Below are positions 58,040 to 64,000 of a stretch of DNA of 64,000 nucleotides, in pieces (positions within the stretch are counted from its first letter, which is position 1; every line of letters starts with the position of its first letter). The position numbers were made by a program, and so were the translations under genes. The notes under the pieces are model-generated. The model was not told the origin of the DNA. It did no database searches and was given only the letters and a program-made list of their open reading frames with translations. Where the stretch lies: positions 12,923 through 76,922 of the forward strand of contig CAYYWO010000004.1 in the NCBI GenBank assembly GCA_964474885.1, in the 5' to 3' direction. The stretch is from Candidatus Hadarchaeota archaeon (lineage in GTDB: Archaea > Hadarchaeota > Hadarchaeia > Hadarchaeales > JAWBSP01).

Positions 58040-59023
58040 TTGATGCAGATCCTCCCGCTCGCTTACGACTCCTTCGGTGTCAGGAGCATGGCAACCCTGG
58101 TGCGCCTGAAGAACTTCACAATCGTCATAGACCCAGGGGTGGCGCTCGGGCCCACCCGCTACGGTCTGAGCCCGACGGATGCGGAGTTCGAGGCGCTCGA
58201 GTACTCCAGGCAGATGATAATGGAGGCCTGCCGGGATGCGGAGCTTGTCGTGGTCACGCACTACCACTACGATCACCACCCATTCCCGGATGACCTCGAG
58301 ATGTACGAGCGCTGCTTCAGGGACAAGATAGCATTCGCGAAGGACCGAAAGCACAACATCAACCTCTCGGGGAAGAAGAGGGGGGCGATCTTCGAGGAGA
58401 GGGCTTCCCCGCTCGCCAAGCGGATCGAGTGGGCCGACGGGAAGACGGTGGAGCACAAAAAAGCCCGCATCCACTTCTCGCCCGCCGTCTGGCACGGAGA
58501 TGTCGGGTCCAAAGTCGGGAGGGTTATAATGGTTTATATCGAAGAGGACAAGAACTCCTTCCTTTTCGGGAGCGATGCCCAAGGGCTGGCGGATCCCCAG
58601 GCCCTGGACTGGGTGCTCGAGAGGGACCCCAAGTTCATGATCTTGGACGGCTACCCCACGCTCTTCCTGGGCTGGAGGATGAGCCAGAAGGCCTTTGAGG
58701 CCTCGAAGGAGAACCTGAAGCGTGCCCTCCGGGAAACTCAGGCCGAGACCGTGATCCTGGAGCATCACCTGCTCAGGGACATAGCTTACAAGGAGAAGAT
58801 GAGGGACGTCCTCCAGCTGGCAGAGAGGACCGGGAAGAGGCTGCTGAGCTGGGCGGAGTACCTGGGGCTCGAGAACTTCTTCCTGGAAGCCTGGCGCAAG
58901 GAGATCCACGAGGGTAAGAGGGAGGTTGACGTCAGGGGGTACTACACGGCTCTCTGCAAGAGGATCGGGATCCCTCCCTCCGTGCTGCAGGTTGAGGTCA
59001 GGCGGCGCGGGATAGAGGAATAA
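58040..59023 (+). CDS. UPF0282-type MBL-fold metallo-hydrolase family protein (paralog B)
   Basis: HYHYDH motif; collinear similarity to 13607-14630 (DSFGVRSMATLV/DSLGAKSSCTLV, VIDPGVA/LIDPGVA, ILDGYPT/ILDGPMT, EHHLLRD/DHHLPRE). Confidence 0.75.
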   Translation: MMQILPLAYDSFGVRSMATLVRLKNFTIVIDPGVALGPTRYGLSPTDAEFEALEYSRQMIMEACRDAELVVVTHYHYDHHPFPDDLEMYERCFRDKIAFAKDRKHNINLSGKKRGAIFEERASPLAKRIEWADGKTVEHKKARIHFSPAVWHGDVGSKVGRVIMVYIEEDKNSFLFGSDAQGLADPQALDWVLERDPKFMILDGYPTLFLGWRMSQKAFEASKENLKRALRETQAETVILEHHLLRDIAYKEKMRDVLQLAERTGKRLLSWAEYLGLENFFLEAWRKEIHEGKREVDVRGYYTALCKRIGIPPSVLQVEVRRRGIEE

Positions 59024-59043
59024 AAGGGGCAGGGGGAGATGGG

Positions 59044-59352
59044 ATGAGACCCGGGTGGGCAGCCTTCGGTTTCCTGCTCATCGTTGTCGGGATCATCCTC
59101 ATGGCGAGCGGCACGGCCACCTTCGGCAGTTTCAATATCCTAGGCCAAACCTTCGACGTGAGCGCCTTTGCCCTAGCCATAGGCGGGCTCGCGGTGTTCA
59201 TCGTGGGGCTTGCCCTGCCCGGTGGGAAGACTGTGCTCGTGATACCCGGGAAGACGAGAGTCAGGACCGTCGTGACGTGCCCCGGTTGCGGGAGGTTCGT
59301 CTCCAGGCGCGCCAAGTACTGCCCCAACTGCGGGAGGAGGCTCAAGCCTTAG
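59044..59352 (+). CDS. membrane-anchored zinc-ribbon protein
   Basis: Two TM helices, then CPGCGRF...CPNCGRR. Confidence 0.5.
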   Translation: MRPGWAAFGFLLIVVGIILMASGTATFGSFNILGQTFDVSAFALAIGGLAVFIVGLALPGGKTVLVIPGKTRVRTVVTCPGCGRFVSRRAKYCPNCGRRLKP

Positions 59353-59581
59353 CCCAGATCTTTCGCCCCGAGAGCTCGATCCGGATGACCCGGTGGAAAG
59401 GTATGGCAGTCACCTGATCCCCCCTCCTGACGTACATGAAGCTCCGGTCCATGTCCACAATGTCGGAGCCCTGTATCGCGAGCTCATCGTTGGGGGCGCC
59501 CCTGTGCAGGATCCAAATGGTGGCGAGACCCAGCTTCCCCTCCCCCCACTTTAGCCGGTTCAAAACTTCCCTCGCTTTCAC
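59342..59581 (-). CDS. small conserved archaeal protein (DUF504/UPF0248-like)
   Basis: 79 aa; family-like pattern MKAREVLNRLKW...IPFHRVIRI. Confidence 0.45.
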   Translation of the reverse strand: MKAREVLNRLKWGEGKLGLATIWILHRGAPNDELAIQGSDIVDMDRSFMYVRRGDQVTAIPFHRVIRIELSGRKIWAKA

Positions 59582-60792
59582 GTGCGCAGCCTCGCGTTTA
59601 TCCTCACATACTCGTAGGTGAGGTCACAGCCCCAAGCCCGGGCACTCCCCTTCCCACTCTTCAGATCCAGCCCGATCTTGAACTCCTTCTCGGAGAGGAT
59701 TCCCTTCATCTCCTGGGGGCTAGATACGAGCTTTCCCCTCTCGAGAACCTGCACTCTCCTGCCCCTCGCCTCCAGCCAGAGCGAGGTCTCCCCCGGATCG
59801 AACCTAGCCCCGGAGCTCCCTAGGGCCGCCACTACCCTGCCCCAGTTCGGATCCTCACCAAAAATTGCCGCCTTCACCAGATTGGAAGAGGTGATGGCCC
59901 TTGCCGCCCTCCTCGCCTCCTCCAGCGTCCTAGCTCCCCGCACCTCCACCTCGAACATGTGCTCCGCGCCCTCACCATCCCTGACTATTAGCTTGGCCAG
60001 CTCCTCGCACGCGGGGACTAGCAGGTCCAAGAACTCCCCTTCCGTCACCCTCCCCGCCAGGCCGTTTGCCATGAGGATCACCGAGTCGTTCGTGCTCGTA
60101 TCCCCGTCCACCGTTATCATGTTGAAGGTCTGGTCCACTGCCTTCTTCAGCGTCCGCCTCAGCCCATCCGCTGGGAGCTTGGCATCGGTCAGGAGAATAC
60201 AGAGCATGGTGCCCATTCTGGGGTGGATCATTCCCGAGCCCTTGGCAACACCCGCAACGTGGATCTTCCTCCCCCTCAGGTGGGCCTGGTAAGCTACCTC
60301 CTTCGGGAAGGTATCCGTGGTCATCATCGCCTCGGCAACCCTCCTGCTCTGCTCCGGTGTGCTGGAGAGGCTGGCCACGAGCTCGGGTATGGCACGCCTT
60401 ATCCCCTCCATAGGGAGGTACGTTCCGATCAGCCCCGTGGACAGGATCCCAATGTGACCCGGTCTCAGCCCCAAAGACTGGGCGACGAGCCTCGTGATCT
60501 CCAGCGCATCACGGGCCCCCCTCTCCCCCGTCATGCAGTTCGCGCAGCCGCTGTTCACGAACACCGCCGCAAGCTTTCCGGCGCACAGGTTCCTCATGGT
60601 CAGCTTGAGGGATTCCGCCTTGACGACGTTGGTCGTGAAAACTCCCGCCGCCGGGACCGGCCCCAGGTCACTCCTGATCAGGGCAACATCCAGGCCCTTC
60701 CGCTTGATTCCCGCAGCCGCAGCCGAGAAGGAGAAGGCAGGCACCTGGCTGAGGCCCCCTTGGAGGCGTATCATGGCCACAGAGGCGTGCAC
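59578..60792 (-). CDS. argJ: bifunctional ornithine acetyltransferase / N-acetylglutamate synthase
   Basis: Catalytic self-cleavage site region ...GTMLCILLTD (ATML motif). Possible start at M7 (60774), which would avoid overlap with argC. Confidence 0.85.
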   Translation of the reverse strand: MHASVAMIRLQGGLSQVPAFSFSAAAAGIKRKGLDVALIRSDLGPVPAAGVFTTNVVKAESLKLTMRNLCAGKLAAVFVNSGCANCMTGERGARDALEITRLVAQSLGLRPGHIGILSTGLIGTYLPMEGIRRAIPELVASLSSTPEQSRRVAEAMMTTDTFPKEVAYQAHLRGRKIHVAGVAKGSGMIHPRMGTMLCILLTDAKLPADGLRRTLKKAVDQTFNMITVDGDTSTNDSVILMANGLAGRVTEGEFLDLLVPACEELAKLIVRDGEGAEHMFEVEVRGARTLEEARRAARAITSSNLVKAAIFGEDPNWGRVVAALGSSGARFDPGETSLWLEARGRRVQVLERGKLVSSPQEMKGILSEKEFKIGLDLKSGKGSARAWGCDLTYEYVRINARLRT

Positions 60793-61775
60793 TTCAGGCC
60801 CTCGTCCTCAGGCAGGCCGAACATGAGATTCATGTTCTGAACTGCCTGCCCCGCCGCCCCCTTGATCAGGTTGTCCACCACCGCGACGAGGACGACGCAG
60901 TTCCCGCACGCCTCCAAGCCTATGTCGCAGTAGTTCGATCCTATCACCTCCTTGAGCTGAGGGGGCCCCTCCTTCAGCCTGACGAATTTCTTTCCCCTGT
61001 AGAACTCGCGGTAGAGGTGCAACAACTCCTTCCTGTCCGCCTCGGATTTCAGGAAGACGTGGATGGTCTGGAGTATCCCCCTTACGATGGGCAGGAGGTG
61101 CGCGGTGAAGTGCACCCTAACACCCTGCCCCGATAGCTTCTCGAGCTCCTGCTCGATCTCCGGCTTATGCCTGTGGAAGGTTGTCGCGTAAACTTGGACG
61201 TTCGATCCGCAGACGGGATGGTGGGTGCGCTCGGAGGGTGTGTGCCCGGCTCCCGAGCTCCCGCTCATGGCGTCTATGACCACCGGGCCCTGGATCATCC
61301 TCTCCCTGGCTAGGGGCGCCAGCGCGAGCACGGCCGGTGTTGGGTAACAGCCCGGGTTCGCCACGAGCCTCGCCTTCTTTATTTCCGCCTCGTGGAGCTC
61401 CGGCAGTCCATATACTCCCCTCAGCTCGGGGCACTCGTGCCTGACACCATAGACCCTTTCGAAGATCTCGGGTGGGAGCCGGAAGTCCGCACTCAGATCC
61501 ACCACCTTGCAGCCTCCCGCAAGCAGCTGGGGGACGTACCTCATGGAGGTAGCGTGGGGGAGTGCGGTGAAGACCACATCCGCTCTGGAGCCGACGCTCG
61601 CATCCAAGGGATCTACCTTGAGATGGAGGTCCAAGTTGGGAAAGATCGATCCCAGTTGCTTCCCAACGGAAGTCCTCCCCTGAACCTCCACGAGCTCAAC
61701 TCTAGGGTGCTGAGAGAGAATGCGGATCAGCTCCCCGCCCACGTAACCCGTCCCCAGAACTGCCGCGCGTATCAT
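60771..61775 (-). CDS. argC: N-acetyl-gamma-glutamyl-phosphate reductase
   Basis: MIRAAVLGTGYVGGELIRIL N-terminus; active-site region SGSSGAG; 334 aa. Confidence 0.85.
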   Translation of the reverse strand: MIRAAVLGTGYVGGELIRILSQHPRVELVEVQGRTSVGKQLGSIFPNLDLHLKVDPLDASVGSRADVVFTALPHATSMRYVPQLLAGGCKVVDLSADFRLPPEIFERVYGVRHECPELRGVYGLPELHEAEIKKARLVANPGCYPTPAVLALAPLARERMIQGPVVIDAMSGSSGAGHTPSERTHHPVCGSNVQVYATTFHRHKPEIEQELEKLSGQGVRVHFTAHLLPIVRGILQTIHVFLKSEADRKELLHLYREFYRGKKFVRLKEGPPQLKEVIGSNYCDIGLEACGNCVVLVAVVDNLIKGAAGQAVQNMNLMFGLPEDEGLKCTPLWP

Positions 61776-62920
61776 CCCCGGTGGAGTTTGGCGAGTATGC
61801 TGTACAGCTTAGTCAGGCTGATCGAGACCCGCTGGTCGAAGTCGGATGTCTCAAAGGAAACTATGCGCCGGTCGTACAGAGAGTAAGGCGATTTCCTCCC
61901 CACCGTCCTGAACCACCCGTTGCCCAGCTCGATCCGCACCTCACCCGTCACCTTCTTTTGAGTGGAGTCTATGAAAGCATCCAGGTTCGACTTCAAGGGA
62001 TCGAACCAGAATCCCCTGTACACGAGCTCCGCCCACTCCCTCTCCAGCACGGACTTCAAGTCGAGCTGCCCTTTGGTCAAGGTTAGTTGCTCGAGTGCGC
62101 GGTGTGCTGCAATCAGGATGGTTGCGGCCGGTGCCTCGTAAATCTCCCTCGCCTTCAACCCGAGGATCCTGTCCTCGACTATGTCTATCCTTCCAACTCC
62201 GTGAGCACCTCCGATCTGATTAAGTCTGGTTATGAGTTCCACCCCGCCCAGCCGCTCCCCGTTGAGCTCCCTAGGCACCCCCTCCTGGAAGTAGATGGAC
62301 AGCTCCTCCTTAGAGGGGCGGGAGATCTTGGTCCAGGCAAAAACATCCTCCGGTGGGGAAGCGGAGGGGTCCTCCAGCACCCCTCCCTCGATGGTCCTCC
62401 CCCAGAGGTTCTCGTCGATGCTGTATGTGGACTCGGCCGGGAGGGGGATGCCCTTCTTCCTCGCGTATTCCGCCTCGGCCTTCCTATCCAAGTTCAGCTC
62501 CCTTATCGGCGCAAAGATCTTCAGCTCTGGGGCGAGCATGGAGAAAGTTATGTCGAACCTGAACTGGTCGTTCCCCTTCCCCGTGCAGCCGTGCGCCACG
62601 CCATCAGCACCCTTCTTTTTGGCGACCTCCACGACTTTACTCGCGATGAGATACCTTGCCAGCGCAGCCGAAAGATGGTAACCTTCGTAAGTACCGTTTG
62701 CCTTTATGCATGGGTGAATGTACTTCTCGACAAATTCTTCCCTAGCGTCGAATTCGACATGCTCTGTAGCTCCCAGTTTTTCTGGTAACTCTGGATCGAA
62801 TTTCCTTGGCTGGCCTAAACTGACCGTTACCGTGATCACCTCCGCTTGGTACCTTTCCTGGAGTAACTTAAGGGAAACCAGAGTGTCCAAGCCACCGCTG
62901 AAGGCTAGCGCGATTCTCAA
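61772..62920 (-). CDS. argG: argininosuccinate synthase
   Basis: PP-loop AFSGGLDT; 382 aa; 4-nt overlap with argC. Confidence 0.9.
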   Translation of the reverse strand: MRIALAFSGGLDTLVSLKLLQERYQAEVITVTVSLGQPRKFDPELPEKLGATEHVEFDAREEFVEKYIHPCIKANGTYEGYHLSAALARYLIASKVVEVAKKKGADGVAHGCTGKGNDQFRFDITFSMLAPELKIFAPIRELNLDRKAEAEYARKKGIPLPAESTYSIDENLWGRTIEGGVLEDPSASPPEDVFAWTKISRPSKEELSIYFQEGVPRELNGERLGGVELITRLNQIGGAHGVGRIDIVEDRILGLKAREIYEAPAATILIAAHRALEQLTLTKGQLDLKSVLEREWAELVYRGFWFDPLKSNLDAFIDSTQKKVTGEVRIELGNGWFRTVGRKSPYSLYDRRIVSFETSDFDQRVSISLTKLYSILAKLHRG

Positions 62921-63313
62921 TTAAAAATCAAGCTCGTGTGTCTTTATCTACCTGTTTTGGGGCCGTCCAAGGCGGAGCTCAGTTCTTGTTGCTTCATACC
63001 CGATAGATCGTAGCATTGGATAGTACGGTAGGGAGAATTCTGAACCACCTGGGACTCTTGCTTCAAGACATGGCATGTCTGCAACCACGGCTTCCGCTGA
63101 GCCCATCTCTAAGTGTTCCGCCCCTCTTAGTCCTACCCCCGACAGGTGCCTTAATCCCCCTATCCCCTTTGAAATCCCAGGGGTGCCTTTGGGTCCACTT
63201 CACGACTGGTATCTCAGCTCTGCAAGATTCACGACCGCCTGCGTCCAGAATCACCTCCCTACTCAACGAAGAATTCTTGCGCAGGGGAGTTAAATAGAGG
63301 CTCCCCTTATAGG

Positions 63314-63547
63314 ATGGTAAAGGCGTATTGCTTGATCTCGACCGACCCGGGACATACCCGGAAGGTCTTCGAGAAGCTCAAGAGTGTGGAAGGCATCCAA
63401 AATGTAGAGGCGGTTGCTGGGCCTTTCGACATCATTGCCACCATCCATGTGGACTCCTTAGAGAAATTGACTAAAATAATCTTCGGGGAAATTAGGACGC
63501 TAGAAGGTGTGACCAACACTGCAACGCTGATTGTCTTCGAACTTTAA
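63314..63547 (+). CDS. stand-alone RAM (AsnC-type ligand-binding) domain protein
   Basis: 77 aa; matches the C-terminal half of Lrp/AsnC regulators (VKAYCLISTDPG...IQNVEAVAGPFDIIATI); TAATG overlap with the next gene. Confidence 0.6.
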   Translation: MVKAYCLISTDPGHTRKVFEKLKSVEGIQNVEAVAGPFDIIATIHVDSLEKLTKIIFGEIRTLEGVTNTATLIVFEL

Positions 63548-64000
63548 TGCACAAAAAAGTTGTCGGAATAACGGGACCACCAGGGGCGGGCAAGACAGAA
63601 GTTGCGAGGGTGGCACAGCAGCTTGGATTTGGCTACATTAGAATGGGTGACGTCGTCATAGAAGAGGTTAGGAGGAGAGGGTTGGCGGTGACCGAGGAAA
63701 ACGTTGGAAAAGTGGCGAACGAACTCAGAAAGAGCGGGGCCGATGCCATAGCCCGACTCTGTTTGCCCAAAGCTCGGCGGATGGAGAAAGTGGTCATCGA
63801 CGGGATAAGGGGGGTTTCCGAGGTGGAACTCTTCAGGCGGGAATTCGGGAACTCCTTCAAGCTCATCGCCGTCTGGGCACGTCAGGGCACCAGGTTCCGG
63901 AGGGTGTGCGGTAGGGGTAGGGAGGACGATGCTCGGGACTGGGAGCGTTTCCTGCAGAAGGACATGAGGGAGCTGGGCTGGGGTTTGGGAGGGGCCATGC
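63547..64000 (+). CDS. P-loop kinase family protein (UPF0200 / dephospho-CoA-kinase-like), 3'-truncated by window end
   Basis: MHKKVVGITGPPGAGKTEVARVAQQLGFGYIRMGDVV; Walker A GPPGAGKT. No stop before the window end. Confidence 0.6.
   Translation, partial: MHKKVVGITGPPGAGKTEVARVAQQLGFGYIRMGDVVIEEVRRRGLAVTEENVGKVANELRKSGADAIARLCLPKARRMEKVVIDGIRGVSEVELFRREFGNSFKLIAVWARQGTRFRRVCGRGREDDARDWERFLQKDMRELGWGLGGAM

Noticed and set aside
57965-58909. 314-aa minus-strand ORF
   Set aside because: It is fully antisense to the UPF0282 paralog B, whose reading frame is validated by homology to 13607-14630. The translation is Leu/Pro/Gln-rich with no motifs.

Overview
This window is a chromosomal segment from an archaeon with about 58% GC. 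It opens with the 5' part of a 16S rRNA gene on the minus strand. Archaeal lineage is shown by the 16S 5' end GATCCGGTTGATTCCGCCGGAGG, by ribosomal proteins L18e, L19e, L32e, S4e, S14 type Z, S8, L6, L5 and L18, and by RpoN, TFE and Pth2. Most of the window is housekeeping: QueC, IlvC, GTP-PEPCK, PheS/PheT, ThiL, an r-protein operon, HflX, an F420 biosynthesis set (cofC/G/H/D), argJ/argC/argG, two tRNAs, an ABC-2 exporter, and a glycan-type cluster (GT4, two SDR epimerases, an AOR-family oxidoreductase, GH2). The outstanding feature is one 8.5-kb gene at 14949-23465 encoding a 2838-aa predicted type-I membrane surface protein. It has a regular supermodular design: four tandem supermodules, each about four FN3-like beta-sandwich domains followed by a block of unusual Trp-periodic repeats (W every 20-22 aa, W-[RK]-x-[LV]-[ED]). 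After these come a pre-anchor module, one transmembrane helix and a roughly 140-aa polybasic, coiled-coil-like cytoplasmic tail. Other noteworthy points are a paralogous pair of UPF0282/MBL-fold genes, a 13-mer plus 14-mer motif shared by two distant intergenic spacers, several ultra-compact divergent promoters that appear to share one A/T box, and two ORF-poor stretches that may hold ncRNAs. I saw no CRISPR array, transposase or integrase. Coordinates derived by hand counting (tRNAs, S14, motifs, repeat-block boundaries) may be off by 1-3 nt.
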